From positions 1,024,001 to 1,088,000 of the forward strand of contig CAVTET010000001.1 in assembly GCA_963733675.1 (NCBI GenBank): a stretch of DNA of 64,000 bases, given 5' to 3'. The stretch is from an uncultured Methanosarcinaceae archaeon. Lineage in GTDB: Archaea; Halobacteriota; Methanosarcinia; Methanosarcinales; Methanosarcinaceae. This document shows positions 22,503 to 35,112 of the stretch, piece after piece. Made by a program: the position numbers and the translations under genes. Below the pieces are notes generated by a model. It had not been told where the DNA came from. It ran no database searches and saw nothing but the letters and a program-made list of their open reading frames with translations. The number at the start of each line of letters is the position of its first letter. Positions within the stretch are counted from its first letter, which is position 1.

Positions 22503-23222
22503 ATGCACATTTCTGATGGATATTTAGGGCCACATACATATATTGCGTTTTGGATTATCATGATCCCGATATGGTATTATGCAGGACAGAAGCTGACCAC
22601 AGAGCTCAAATCCAAACAGGTACCACTGCTAGCACTGTCAGCTGCATTTTCATTTATAATAATGATGTTCAATATCCCTGTTCCAGGAGGCAGCACAGGC
22701 CATGCCATAGGCGGTGGAATTATTGCCATAGTCATAGGTCCCTGGGCAGCAATTATAGCTATTTCTGTAACTTTGGTATTGCAAGCAATGATTTTTGGTG
22801 ATGGAGGGATAACAGCCATAGCCACTAACTGCTTTAATATGGGAGTGGTAGTACTCTTTGTCGCTTACTACGCCTATAAGTTTATCAGCGGAAATTCAGC
22901 TATTAAATCATCTACGAGAGTTATTGCTGCGGCCATTGCTGGCTGGATTTCTTTGACCATGGCAGCATTATGTGCAGGTTTTGAATTAGGAATACAGCCA
23001 ATTTTAGAGCACACAGCCGATGGAGTACCACTTTATATGCCATATCACTTGAATGTAACTATTCCTACCATGGTACTTGAACACGCTTTAACATTCAGCA
23101 TTCTTGAGGCAGTGATTACCGCAATTATTTTTGCCTATATCCAGAGAACAGATCCATCTGTATTTTATGGAGAGAAATATAACGCGGAAATGAATAAAAT
23201 GATGAAGAACGGCATAATCTGA
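22503..23222 (+). CDS. cbiM: ECF Co/Ni transporter S component (CbiM/NikM)
   Basis: N-terminal MHISDG; GGSTGHAIGG; FGDGG. Confidence 0.9.
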   Translation: MHISDGYLGPHTYIAFWIIMIPIWYYAGQKLTTELKSKQVPLLALSAAFSFIIMMFNIPVPGGSTGHAIGGGIIAIVIGPWAAIIAISVTLVLQAMIFGDGGITAIATNCFNMGVVVLFVAYYAYKFISGNSAIKSSTRVIAAAIAGWISLTMAALCAGFELGIQPILEHTADGVPLYMPYHLNVTIPTMVLEHALTFSILEAVITAIIFAYIQRTDPSVFYGEKYNAEMNKMMKNGII

Positions 23223-23223
23223 A

Positions 23224-23370
23224 ATGAGAAATGTAAATAAAATGGTCCGAAACTAATCTATTGACCTAGTATTACTTCCATTATTGTACCCTTAAGGTAT
23301 GCTTAAGACAGGCACTACACATGGTGACTGAGGACCAAATGAACGTTAAGATAACTGCTAAATTACAAGG
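23224..23370 (+). pseudogene. Remnant of a NikN/PDGLE-type partner subunit
   Basis: Degenerate PL-GML-TGTTHGD*GPNE resembles the GTAxGEWG motif; no nikQO follows. Confidence 0.45.
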
Positions 23371-23576
23371 TTTTTAAAATGTCAACTAATCAAATGGATA
23401 GCATCTAAGAATATTAGATATAATAAAACTTGCACAGGGAAAGATGGATGTGCTTACATTTTGTAAGCCGTAGTTGTGCGAAATTAAACCATTGATCCAA
23501 TTGAAGTGTTAAATAAAACTTTGGAATAGTTGCGTTAGCTATTTATCCTCAACATGATACTACGAAGCTCAATTCG

Positions 23577-26500
23577 CTACGTAGAATATTTATTTTTTAC
23601 AGGGCTGTGCGGTATATGTCTGCCATAACCTCCACCACCTGGAGTTTCGATTACAAAAATATCTCCGTTCTTCAGCTTAAGTTCAGCCTGTCCTTCAACT
23701 TCAATAACTCTGCCGTCTCTTCTAATAAGCATGTTCTTTCCGCATTTACCAGGCATTCCGCCTTTGAGCCCGAACGGGGGAGCTTCCTGTGGCTCGAGAG
23801 GATAGCAACATTCACATCCTTCAGGAATTTAAACTTTCGGATAACTCCGTTTCCACCCCTGAATTTGCCATTTCCTCCACTTCCTTGCCGGATGGAAAAT
23901 TCTTCAAGCAAAACAGGGAACTTTGCTTCAAGAACCCCAGGATCTGTAATTCTTGAGTTGGTCATATGAGTATGAACAGCATCTGTTCCTGAAAAGTCGG
24001 GGCCTGCACCGGCACCTCCACATATGGTTTCATAATACTGGAAATCAGCGTTTCCGAAAGTAAAATTGTTCATCGTACCCTGAGAAGCCGCAAGCGTGCC
24101 AAGAGCTCCGAAAAGAGCATCAACAATGTACTGTGCAGTTTCAACATTGCCTGCAGCGACTGCTGCAGGAGGTTGGGGCCTGAGCAGGGAGCCATCTGGA
24201 ATAAAGACCTCAAGTGGCCTTAAACAGCCTGCATTCAAAGGTATATCACTTTTTACAAGTGTCCTAAAAACGTAGAGAACAGCAGCTATGCAAACAGATG
24301 CTGGAGCATTAAAATTATTCGAGAGCTGAGAGGAAGTACCCATAAAATCGATTCTAGCATCACGGTTATTGTGGTCAATCGTGATCTTAACTTTAATTGC
24401 ATTTCCATCATCAAACAAATAAGTAAATTCCCCATCTGCAAGCCTGTCAATAACTCTTCTGACGGCTTCTTCAGCATTATCTTGCAGATGGCCCATATAA
24501 GCTTCAACAGTTTCAATGGAAAAGCCTTCGACCATCTTGCGAAGTTCCTGAAGTCCGTTCTCATTTGCAGCTATCTGTGCACGAATATCAGCAATATTTT
24601 GGTCATAATTTCTTGCCGGGTATTTTCCTGAATTCAACCATGCTTTTAACTTTTCTTCATATAAACGACCTTTTTTGACTATCTTCATGTCCTCATTCAG
24701 CACACCTTCTTCTTCAATAGTCCTGCTGCCAGGCGGCATGGATCCAGGACTGATTCCTCCTACATCTGCATGATGACCTCTGGAAGCCAGATAAAAGAAA
24801 ACATCTCCTGAGCTGCCAAACATCGGGGTAACAACTGTGATATCAGGGAGATGAGTTCCTCCGTTATACGGGGAGTTAATCAGGTATACATCTCCTGCTT
24901 GCATTTCTTTAAATTGTGTCATGATGAGAGCTTTTACGCATTTTCCCATAGATCCCAGATGCACAGGAATGTGGGGAGCATTTGCTACCAAGTTTCCCTG
25001 CTTGTCAAAGATAGCGCAGGAAAGTCCAGCCTCTCTTTTATATTTACCGAATGAGCAGTATTCTGCAAAGTATACCCCATTTGTAACATAAACCTATTAT
25101 TGAAAATCTCTAGCATTACAGGATCCACACCCGTCCTTCTCAACCTGGTTCAATAATAATGGTCGTATTTTTCTCAATTAGAACTGCAGGTCCATTTACA
25201 CAAGCCCCCGGTTTTACTTCCTCTTGAGAATAAGAGTCTCGTGAAACTCCCCATAACTATACATTTGAACTGTAGATACAGGTGAGAAAGCAGGATTTGG
25301 TTTAGTTTCCAACACAGGATCAGAAACTCTTTCCGTAATCCCTACGACCTCTACGGAAACAGCCTCAACAACAATGGTTTTTTCCTCCGTTACAAACCCG
25401 AAATGCTTATTGTGAGTTTCCTCAAAACCTTTCCTGAGAGTATCCTTATCCGCAAAATCCACAAGTAATTGAGTGTCTGAACCTGCATAGCGCATATGTA
25501 CTTTGAAGAGCACAATAATGTTGTTCTTCTGCACTCCCTGCTCCAACATCGAGAAGCATCCTTCCTTTTTAAGCTCTAAAAATACGATTTTCAATTCCTC
25601 TATCAGTCTGTCAGACAGTTCAACCCCTATGTACCGCTCTTTTATAAGCCTCTGATCTGCAAGTCCTATTCCGTATGCTGAAAGAACACCTGCAAAAACG
25701 GATGAATGAAGATACTTTTAATCCCAAGACTGTCTGCAACCCTGCAAGCATGCTGTGCAGCAGCTCCTCCAAAGCAGCAAAGGGTATATTTTATATTGTA
25801 CCCCTGTTGGACTGAGACTTTCTTGATAGCATTTGTCATATTCTCGACTGCCACTGAAAAAAAGCCCTCTGCTACCTGCTCAGGCGTCCGAAAACCACTA
25901 TCGCTTGAGACCTCTTTTGAAAGTTCTGAGAATTTCCTGCGCACAAGTTCGGAGTCAAGAGATTGATCTGCATTGAGCCCGAACAGCTTTGGGAAAAATT
26001 CGGGCTGCAATTTTCCAAGCATGACGTTGCAGTCGGTAACTGTAAGAGGCCTACCTTTTCGATAACATGCAGGACCAGGATTCGAACCTGCAGATTCCGG
26101 ACCTACCCTGAACCTACCTCCTTCGTAATGAAGTATGGAACCTCCACCTGCTGCAACAGTATGGATGCGAATCATAGGAGATCGGCAAGTGCACACCTGC
26201 GATCTCGGTTTCAAGCCTGCGCTCATACTCCCCGCTGTACTGAGCTACATCTGTAGATGTTCCCCCATATCGAAAGTAATGATTTTGCGTGCCCCTGCCA
26301 CGAGAGATGTTGCAACCGCCCCCACAATTCCACCCGCTGGCCTGGACAGAATACAGTTCTTGCCCTGAAAAGCTTCTGCATCGATAAGCCCTCCACTGGA
26401 CTGCATGAACATGAGCCTGGAATTTCTTTTTTCTCTTTTCACCTGTCGTTCTTTTCGTTTTTTATCTATTTCTTCTTGCTCTTCGTCTTCCTGTTCCCCT

Positions 26501-27219
26501 TCTATTTCTTCTCCCCCTTCATCTAGAGTTCTCTGAACCATGTCAACGTACCTTCGGAGAACCGGAGATAGGTATGCATCGACAACAGTCGTTTCCCCTC
26601 GGATCACGAGTTTTATCAACGGGCTTACCTGATGAGAAAGGGATACTTGTGTAAAATCTATATCCCTGGCAAGTCTTCCAAGCCTAAGTTAATGCTTAGG
26701 ATATTTATACGCATGCATCAGGACAATAGCAACTGATCGAATTCCTTCTTTGAAGGCCATATCAAGATCTTTTTTTGTATCTTCAAGATTTAGGGGCACA
26801 AACTCTTTTCCATCTGCCCCTAATCTCCTTGATACCTTGATAACCCTTTCATACAACTGATCTGAAAGTTCGATTTTCGGAGCAAAAATATCTGGGCGAT
26901 TCTGGTACCCTATTCTCAAAGCATCCTCAAAACCCTGATTTATCACAAGAACAGTGCTTTCTCCTTTCCGTTCAAGGAGAGCATTGGTATCTACTGTTGT
27001 TCCCATTTTTATGATCTCTATATGTTCCGAAAGCAGAGGTGCATCTTTGGGAAGCCCCAGAATATAACGAATTCCGTGGATGGCTGCATCTTTGTAGTGG
27101 TAGGTATCTTCAGAGAGGAGTTTGTAAGTGACTAGTTTCCCTGTAGGGTTGCGGGCTACGATATCAGTAAATGTGCCTCTGCGGTCTATCCAGAACTGCC
27201 ATCGAGCTTTGGGAGACAT
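23577..27219 (-). pseudogene. Fused 5-oxoprolinase/hydantoinase A+B, multiply frameshifted
   Basis: Fragments DRRGTFTD, GTT..TNALLE, TFDMG, HTVAAGGGS, GGAAAQHA, HIPVHLGSM, GGTHLPD, SQGTMNN, YYETICGG and TPGGGGYG in changing frames. Confidence 0.92.
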
Positions 27220-27401
27220 TAAAGAAATAATTGTATAAGTTGTATTAATTATTAATCCTGAAATTCCAAATTTGATTTTTTCACATCAATTCCTTGTTTT
27301 CACTCATTTATATATTCTTCCGCAACTTTCAAAATATCAATAACTTTTTAACATCAGCTTTTTGGAAATCTTTTATACATTTGAGGTTGCAATGAATCAG
27401 C

Positions 27402-29057
27402 ATGAAAACATACCAGGGAATCATTGTTGATGCTATTTCCAAGAAGCAGTTCAAAGGTGAGATTATCGTCGAAAACGGAAAGATCATTCGTGTTGAAGAG
27501 AAGGAGCATTATAATGAACAGTATATCCTCCCAGGTCTTGTAGATGCCCATGTACATATAGAAAGTTCTATGACCATGCCTTCGGTTTTTGCCAGAATGG
27601 CAGTTGCAAGAGGTACTGTTGCAGCGGTTAGCGACCCTCATGAGATTGCAAACGTGATGGGAGAAGAAGGTATAAATTACATACTGGAGGATTCCAGAAA
27701 AACCCCTATGAAGATATTTTTTGGGGTACCTTCTTGTGTGCCGGCCACACCATTCGAATCAGCAGGAGCAGTACTGGATACAATAGCTGTGGACCGTTTG
27801 TTAGCAAGGGCTTATCTATACTACCTATCCGAGGTGATGAATTTCCCAGATGTGATCTCGGAATCTCCTGAAGTAATGGCAAAAATTGAGTCCGCCAAAA
27901 AATATGGCAAAGTTATAGATGGTCATGCGCCTGGTTTGAGAGGTACAGCCCTACAGAAATACGTGAGCTCAGGAATTTCCACAGACCATGAATGCCTTAC
28001 TTATGAAGAAGCGATTGAGAAAATAAAGCTCGGAATGAAGGTACAGATTCGAGAGGGAAGTTTAGCCAGGAATTTCGAAACACTTTATCGTTTGATATAC
28101 GAATACCCAGAATCCGTTATGCTTTGCACCGACGATTCTCATCCCAATACTTTGATACATGAAGGACATATCGATAGACTAATCAGGCGCGGATATGAAA
28201 AGGGACTTGATATTTATAGCTTGATTCAAGCAGCAGTGATCAATCCTGTGGAGCATTATGGCCTTAATGTTGGGCTTTTGCGTAAGGGAGACTCTGCAGA
28301 TTTCATTATCGTAGACGATCTAAAATCATTTAATGTGTTGAGTACTTTCATTGATGGAAATTGTGTTTATGATGACGGGCAGGTTCTTTTCCCGATTGAA
28401 AAAAATTCTGCAAAAAATGTTTTCAACAGAAATGAAATCTCGATTGAAGATATAAGAAAGTCTCTGCCTCCTGCAGACAATAGAAGGGAGCAGATGAGAA
28501 ATATCAGAGTGATAGTTGCCCAGGATGGAGAACTTGTCACAGGCCAGGAACTAGCCTTGGCAAAAGTAGAAAATGGTAATCTGGTTTCAGATCCTTGCAG
28601 GGATATTTTGAAATTGGTTGTCCTGAGCAGGTATAGAAATGACCCTGTTCAGATTGGTTTCATAAAAAACATAGGCCTGAAAAAAGGCGCTATTGCAAGC
28701 AGCATTGCCCATGACAGTCACAACATTATTGCAGTTGGGGCCACTGACAGAGATATAGTTGAAGCTGTCAATAGGCTGGTAAAAAATAAAGGAGGGATAG
28801 TTGTGGGAACTACAGAAGATCTACTTGATCTTCCGTTAGAGGTTGCAGGCCTTATGAGCGTTCGGAGTGGAGAAGAGGTGGCTTATCGGCACCAGCTTCT
28901 GAATGAAGAAGCTCGGAAACTTGGAACTTCGCTGAAGTCGCCCTTTATGACTCTTACATTTATGTCGCTTCTGGTAATTCCTGAACTTAAACTTGGAGCT
29001 AAGGGGTTGTTTGATGTAACAAAATTCGAATTTATCGAGCTTTTCGCAAAGGGATAA
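27402..29057 (+). CDS. ade: Adenine deaminase
   Basis: DAHVHIESS, DPHEIANV, DGHAP, TDHE, TDD, AHDSHN. Confidence 0.95.
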   Translation: MKTYQGIIVDAISKKQFKGEIIVENGKIIRVEEKEHYNEQYILPGLVDAHVHIESSMTMPSVFARMAVARGTVAAVSDPHEIANVMGEEGINYILEDSRKTPMKIFFGVPSCVPATPFESAGAVLDTIAVDRLLARAYLYYLSEVMNFPDVISESPEVMAKIESAKKYGKVIDGHAPGLRGTALQKYVSSGISTDHECLTYEEAIEKIKLGMKVQIREGSLARNFETLYRLIYEYPESVMLCTDDSHPNTLIHEGHIDRLIRRGYEKGLDIYSLIQAAVINPVEHYGLNVGLLRKGDSADFIIVDDLKSFNVLSTFIDGNCVYDDGQVLFPIEKNSAKNVFNRNEISIEDIRKSLPPADNRREQMRNIRVIVAQDGELVTGQELALAKVENGNLVSDPCRDILKLVVLSRYRNDPVQIGFIKNIGLKKGAIASSIAHDSHNIIAVGATDRDIVEAVNRLVKNKGGIVVGTTEDLLDLPLEVAGLMSVRSGEEVAYRHQLLNEEARKLGTSLKSPFMTLTFMSLLVIPELKLGAKGLFDVTKFEFIELFAKG

Positions 29058-29129
29058 ATAGAAAAGAACTGAGAGAGCCAGGAAAATATTCTTTCCCACT
29101 GTAATTATCACAATAAAATTAAACATACC

Positions 29130-30347
29130 TTAAAAAAAATCCAACGTAGTTTGAAAACGGAAGTCTGAAAGCATGATCGCCTTCTTCAGCCATTCTGCTT
29201 TTGGTGTGCTCACCCTGCCTGTAAGGTATGTAACGGCTGCTGTGAGAGAATCAAATTTTTGAGGGGAATTTTTAAGAGTTTTTCTCACGCCTTCCCGGAC
29301 TACCCACACCCCAAGAGGTGCCCAGTAATGAGAAGTTATTTCCCTTAGCACAAAAACAGAGGCCTGTTTTCGGATTTCAGTGAGATATTCAAGTGCTGCC
29401 AACCTTGTGGCATAATAACCTCCTGCCAGAAGAGAATATCCTTTTTTTCCGCTGGGCCCTTCACTGTCTTCACCAATCCAAATTGATTCTCCAGACCAAA
29501 TTGTATTTGGGAGCCAGATCTCAATAAGTTCGAAAGAATAAGTTCGTGGAAGAATGAGGACTTCAAACCGGTTCCCAAAATGAGTTCCACTGAAAAGCAA
29601 AATATCGGAAATTAAGGAAAAGTCCTTTATGTGATCTACAAGTTCCTTTCCGGCCATATCATCCACGGCTGTTATTGACCAACGAGTAGGGACTATTTTT
29701 CGTTCTTTCCCCAGCAAGCCGATTGAAAAAAGGCGTGTGATATGTTCAGTTGTAACATTATCTTTTAAAAGTTCAGTAATAGCATCTTTTGCCAGGGAAT
29801 CAGTATCATAGACTAGGTAATCTACTTTTCGTGGAACTTTCGGGTTTTCTGTAAGCTCAAAATTTTTTACAAGACCTGATGGGCCCATAGGCATGAGAAT
29901 TGTATCAAAATTTAGTTCTTGCTTTGGAATTTTGTAAAACCAGGCTTCAGTGTCCACTGGTTTTCTGGAAAGAGCGAGTTCCTGAGCTTTTACAAGAAGA
30001 GAATTTTCTTTGCTACGTGCATCTTTTATATGAAAAGTTGTATTTGCCCTAACCATGCGGGACCGCATGAAGATTATATCTTCAATTTGCATGTTTGCCC
30101 AGGCTGAAGGATCTCCCATGAATAAGGCTTCGCTTTCCGTTGTCAAGGGGGAAATCATTGGGCCTGCTGTAATCCGAGGGTAGCCATAGCCACCAACAAA
30201 AAGAGAAGGGGGAGATGCTCCAAAAACAGAACATCCTGAGATCGCAGGAGCAATCGATTGTACGGACCTATATTTTTCAAGGATTGGACAACGAGGACGC
30301 CCACATATTCCTTTTCCTTTACATTTGATACACAGCGTTCCATTCAC
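29130..30347 (-). CDS. nreA: Archaeal DNA repair protein NreA
   Basis: CIKCKG..CGRPRC Zn finger, VPTRWSITAVDD, GGYYA, PLGVWVVRE, C-terminal PIP box QTTLDFF. Confidence 0.92.
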   Translation of the reverse strand: MNGTLCIKCKGKGICGRPRCPILEKYRSVQSIAPAISGCSVFGASPPSLFVGGYGYPRITAGPMISPLTTESEALFMGDPSAWANMQIEDIIFMRSRMVRANTTFHIKDARSKENSLLVKAQELALSRKPVDTEAWFYKIPKQELNFDTILMPMGPSGLVKNFELTENPKVPRKVDYLVYDTDSLAKDAITELLKDNVTTEHITRLFSIGLLGKERKIVPTRWSITAVDDMAGKELVDHIKDFSLISDILLFSGTHFGNRFEVLILPRTYSFELIEIWLPNTIWSGESIWIGEDSEGPSGKKGYSLLAGGYYATRLAALEYLTEIRKQASVFVLREITSHYWAPLGVWVVREGVRKTLKNSPQKFDSLTAAVTYLTGRVSTPKAEWLKKAIMLSDFRFQTTLDFF

Positions 30348-30907
30348 TTTGAATCCATGTCCTCACATATGAATGCAAGCTTTAATTTAAGGAACTTCCC
30401 TGTATAGCAGACCAGGTTTTTCGAACAAAGATACAAATACAGCACATGCTTGTTACCTTTTCCGGAGATAAGTTTCTGTTTAAAAGTACCAAAGCAAAAT
30501 TTCAAATTTCTTTCTGTGAATCCTCATAAAAGTCAACTTCAGCTTCAAGTTTTTCACTAATTTCTGAGATACTGAGACTCTTAAGCATTTCGGAATATCT
30601 GTCAAATCTTGCCATATATACTTCATGCTAAATAAAATCATTGTTCTCTAAGCTAGCCAGGATTTCAGGTAAGATATTCTATGCAATAATTTTACAAATT
30701 GATTTCATGGAACCAAGTTTAGAGGATAAATTAAAGTTTACTACACATGTACCTTTGCTCTTAATTTTCAAGTAGAAATGAGGTCTCCCTTGATGCATCA
30801 TATAGAAAACGCATGCTACCAAAAAACTAGTAAGAATATATATAATTTAGAAACTGAAAATGTTATATTCATTTCTCATGCCTCTTTTTCATAAAGGCTG
30901 TTAAAGT

Positions 30908-31216
30908 TTAATTTTTAATTTGTTCAGCAGAGAAACCCTTTTCCATGAGGACTTCTTTCATACGGGCCAGGTGGTTTCCTTGAAGTTCCACAGTATTTCC
31001 TTTTACTGTGCCTCCGCATGCAAACTTTGATTTCAGATAAGTAGACAGTTCGTGCAGATCAATTTCACTGGCATCGAAGCCTTCCACAACGGTAACTTCT
31101 TTCCCGTATCTTCTTCTATTTATTTTCACTGTGATTCTCTGTTGCTCTTTTGCAACCTCTTCGCATATGCAAAGTTCTTTTGGAAGCCCGCATACCGGGC
31201 ACATTCCGCTGCTCAT
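30908..31216 (-). CDS. Translation initiation factor aIF1/SUI1
   Basis: [27 protein letters not shown]. Confidence 0.96.
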   Translation of the reverse strand: MSSGMCPVCGLPKELCICEEVAKEQQRITVKINRRRYGKEVTVVEGFDASEIDLHELSTYLKSKFACGGTVKGNTVELQGNHLARMKEVLMEKGFSAEQIKN

Positions 31217-32034
31217 TTGTTGGTATGTCCTCCGAATTTGTAATAATTGTATGTGTAATTTAAATTCAAAAATAACTAAAAAGACATCAAGTACTTATCA
31301 ATGAAGGTATTAAAGCCTAATGGTATTATTCTGCCACTTTATACTGAATTTAGATTTATGGGCACAAATTTTTGCAGTATAAAATCCAGTCAAAGCTGTA
31401 TTATTATTTTTATTTTTTTATGTAATAATAACTTTGTAGAGTGGAATTAATACCAATGTAATGTTGCATGAATAATTCATACATCAAATGAAAGGGCTGA
31501 ATCTTGACTTATAGTCATTCAAGATCTAGGTCATTTCACTAAGTGTTTAATATTTTCATGATTAAAGCTTCCAGCATAGCAAATATTTTCTTTTCATGCA
31601 CTGAAGTACATCTGCTCTAACTAACCTCAACGAAATGAAACAAAAATACCGGAAAATGGTACTAAGTGAATTTTGAAATAAAATCAAACAAAGAATAGAT
31701 GACGACCGAATAGCTAAACTTCCCAGAAATCTCAATTTCAAATCGGCAGGAAAAATTGCCGCAATTTATAGCCCCTGATTACAGATGACTAGGTATACAA
31801 GGAAGATACAGGATTCCAAAAGGAAGAAATTCAAAAAAGGAAAATTGTTGAGACTGAAACATTTTCAGTGGATATTTGTATAAAAATATTAGTGGAATAA
31901 TCGCAATTCTAAAAAAAGAAGATTCTAAGAGTACGTGAGTAAACAGTTTCTTCACGTACTTTCATGTCAAATTGGAGTGAATTATTTGTACTATTTACGT
32001 TCAAATATACAAATTGACGTTCTGTTTGATATGA

Positions 32035-32487
32035 TTATACTTTTGTTTTTATGTGCTTTAGTTTTTCTGCAATATCAATCCCGAGTCTTCTACACTCCTC
32101 AACATCCTTATCTGTTGGTTTGTGAAGAATCCGAAGTACCGGATCTATCACATTCATACCCATCTCTCGCATCTTTTCAGCTATCATTACAGGTGCTTCT
32201 CCGCTCCATCCATAAGACCCAAAAGCAGCTCCTATTTTACCTTTTGGGTCTGAGGAAGCAAGAGTCTCATTTATGAATTTTTCCATGGGAGGCAACATTT
32301 TGTAGTAGAAAGTAGAAGAACCAATTGCAATTGCTTCTGCGTCATTAAGGTCTTCAGGCTTTACGTCATAAAAGCTAACAGCCTTTGCATCTATATTCCT
32401 TGATTCGATTCCATTAGCTATAGCCTCGGCCATAGATTTTGTATTCCCTGAAGTACTGAGATATACTACTATCGCTTTCAAACTCAT
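32035..32487 (-). CDS. Flavodoxin
   Basis: STSGNT FMN loop; FGSYGWSGEA. Confidence 0.9.
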   Translation of the reverse strand: MSLKAIVVYLSTSGNTKSMAEAIANGIESRNIDAKAVSFYDVKPEDLNDAEAIAIGSSTFYYKMLPPMEKFINETLASSDPKGKIGAAFGSYGWSGEAPVMIAEKMREMGMNVIDPVLRILHKPTDKDVEECRRLGIDIAEKLKHIKTKV

Positions 32488-32716
32488 CCCCTTCCGATTT
32501 AAGATAAGACGTTAATGTCATAAATGGACAAAAAGTGAGTAAACTCGCCAGTTTTGCATATAACCGGATCCCAGGACCATAAAAAACGAAGCCTGATGTA
32601 ATCTCGCTTTCCAACCATTTACTAGTTATAAAAATTATTTTAAATAAGGATTTCGTCCCACATTAAATTGATTTAAGATATTAAAGAAAAATTCCTGATG
32701 GATATACACCATTTAG

Positions 32717-33563
32717 GGTTCCGTTGCAAAAATTCAAAAAAATATGTAAATCTATAAGTAATGAATAAAAATCAAAATATTCAAGGAAAATGTACTAACA
32801 TTATAAAACTATACCAAATAATTGATTAATACATTTGACTTCATTAAAAACAGAGTAATTTAGATCATTTACTTGTCCTTTTTTGATCATATTCATAGCT
32901 TCAATTCCTTTTAAAGTCTTATTAGCAGATCGAAAAGACTGAAATCCTAACATTGGATTAACGATTCGTTTTATAGATCTATGATCTTGTTCTATAATGT
33001 TATTCAAATACTTTATTTGTCGAATGCCTACGTTTTTAGGTAATATTTTATTATTTTTCAGTTTATCTATAGCAGGTGGATAACCTGGATTCTTATCAAC
33101 TGTTATTACTCTTGGAATTTGGTTATGATTAGAACTCAAAGCTTTCTTAAAAAATCTCTTCGCTGCTATCCTATTTCGTTTTGCACTTTACATGAAATCG
33201 ATTGTTTCTCCATCTGAGTCAACTGCTCGGTAAAGATATTTCCATTTACCTTTTACTTTGATATAGGTTTCATCAACTTTCACGAATAGTTTGTTAGTCT
33301 TAAATGTCTTCTTATCTTCGTTTCTATTTCAGGGGAATATTGATGCACCCATCTCATTACAGTACTGTGATCAACTTGAATTCCTCTTTCTATCATCATT
33401 TTTTTTAAATTTCTATAGCTCAATGGATATTTTAAGTACCATCTTACATTTAATAGGATAATTTCTCCTTCAAAATGCTTCCATTTAAAGGAATCAGATA
33501 GCATATTACTATCTTTGGTTTTCTTTTTATTCTATTGTATTAGTAGAAAGGATTTTTTGCAAC
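32717..33563 (-). mobile_element. IS6-family element, inactivated (copy 1)
   Basis: IR GGTTCCGTTGCAAAAA at 32717, other IR truncated; transposase fragments (VDETYIKV, TVDK, NNIIEQDHR) with a frameshift and an in-frame TAA. Confidence 0.92.
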
Positions 33564-33717
33564 CAAAAAACAAAAATATATTATTAATTATTTTTATTAC
33601 TGGTGAAGCTATCAGAATCTAAAGTTATTTTTTTTCTAGAGAATAAAACTTTACTTAAAGCCTATCAATAGCTTATTCAGTGTTTATAATTATGACTATC
33701 AAATAAAGAAAAAAATT

Positions 33718-33830
33718 TACTGAAAGGCTCTTAAAAACTACTGTTCACTATTTTTCATTATCGAATAAGATTTTTTGGTTTTCATTGGTGCACAGGTTTT
33801 ATAGCATAAACTATGCATAATCAAGAAATT
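33718..33830 (+). repeat. ~110-bp repeat, copy A, containing a 29-bp palindromic core (33789-33817)
   Basis: 46/60 identical to 37841-37900 over 33751-33810; core TGCACAGGTTT-TATAGCA-TAAACTATGCA. Confidence 0.6.
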
Positions 33831-33921
33831 TACATTCAAAAATTGATCCAGGAGAACAGATTGTGAACATTAAACTGCTTTCTGAAAATCTAAAAATAAA
33901 AAAGCTCTAGTGGAAGTTTTG

Positions 33922-34203
33922 CTAATTAATATTAAATTTTCCCATATTTTTTATGCGCTTTTTCGGCGGTCGAATATCGAAAACGTATACTTTTTTCTCT
34001 TCTTCATCAATTTGATAGAAAATTCGATAGTCTCCAACTCTCAGACGATATGTAACTAATCGAATTCCTTTGAGTTCTTTTTTGTTTCCGTTACTATCTG
34101 GAAATGGATCTGTAAGCTCTTTAATTGCAGATTTTATATGTTCTTTTCGTTCTGCGGGAGCCTTAACAAAAATAGTGGGATGCACAAAAACTTTAAAGAT
34201 CAT
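33922..34203 (-). CDS. RelE/ParE-family toxin
   Basis: YRLRVGDYRIFY, VYVFDI. Confidence 0.88.
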   Translation of the reverse strand: MIFKVFVHPTIFVKAPAERKEHIKSAIKELTDPFPDSNGNKKELKGIRLVTYRLRVGDYRIFYQIDEEEKKVYVFDIRPPKKRIKNMGKFNIN

Positions 34204-34387
34204 CTATACTCACAAACTCATTCTTATGCTCTTTTATAAATTTCTCACTGCGCTCTGTTAATTTATTCATATTGTGTTCGACTATAAGGTCATTAATAAC
34301 CTTATTATAATCGTCTCCCATCTTTCCAATTTTCCGTAACTCTTCGAGAATTTGTTTTGTTATCTGGATAGTTGTTGTTTCAGACAT
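34193..34387 (-). CDS. Cognate antitoxin (RHH-like N-terminus, acidic C-terminus)
   Basis: TTIQIT..L..GDDYNKVINDLI; ends FVSIDDL; overlaps the toxin start. Confidence 0.8.
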   Translation of the reverse strand: MSETTTIQITKQILEELRKIGKMGDDYNKVINDLIVEHNMNKLTERSEKFIKEHKNEFVSIDDL

Positions 34388-34590
34388 TTTATATATTATA
34401 GTAGTAATAGTATCTATAGCAACTCGGTTAAAAAGCTCTGCTGATAGTTATGATAACAAATTAGCACATATTTGGTATAAATAAGCAATTTTCTGGAATC
34501 GTTCTCAAAAGTTGCTTGCGGGTAGAAGGTTTTAGACTTTATGCATTATCAGATAAACATTAGGCACTCTGGCGCTGAAATTGGGAAAAA

Positions 34591-34619
34591 TGCACATATT
34601 TTAATACAAAAACTATGCA
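34591..34619 (+). repeat. 29-bp palindromic site, copy B
   Basis: TGCACATATTT-TAATACA-AAAACTATGCA. Confidence 0.5.
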
Positions 34620-35112
34620 TTAGTAACAACGATAGATCTTATTTTTGTGGCAGAGAAAAGAGCATAGAGTCAATTAGAATTATTTGATAAATTGTTGATT
34701 TTTATTGTGAATGGTATCAACTACAATTCAAATATAATCCATTAAATGGTATATTAGGACGAGTTTGGAAGTTTCTAACATGTAGCTGGATATGATAAAC
34801 TAAAATACCGGTAGCAAAAAAGCTTATAATAAAATCGGAGAAAAAGATTAAAAAGCTATGTTTTTAATTATTGTAAGGCTTTAGATTATCAGCAAATTCT
34901 CTTTTTATTACATATGGACCCAAACTTATAAGAAAATAAAAACATAGCCATCAATTCAAGGCAGTTTATCAAGAGTTTATCCCTAATGCCTTGAAAAAAA
35001 GGTTATGATGCTGTTTTATTTCATACTCAGTGATTCTTAGATTCAGTGCCTATTCTATTAGCTCTATCAGTATGAAAATACCACAAATAGAGCTATTTCC
35101 TAGTGGTGACTA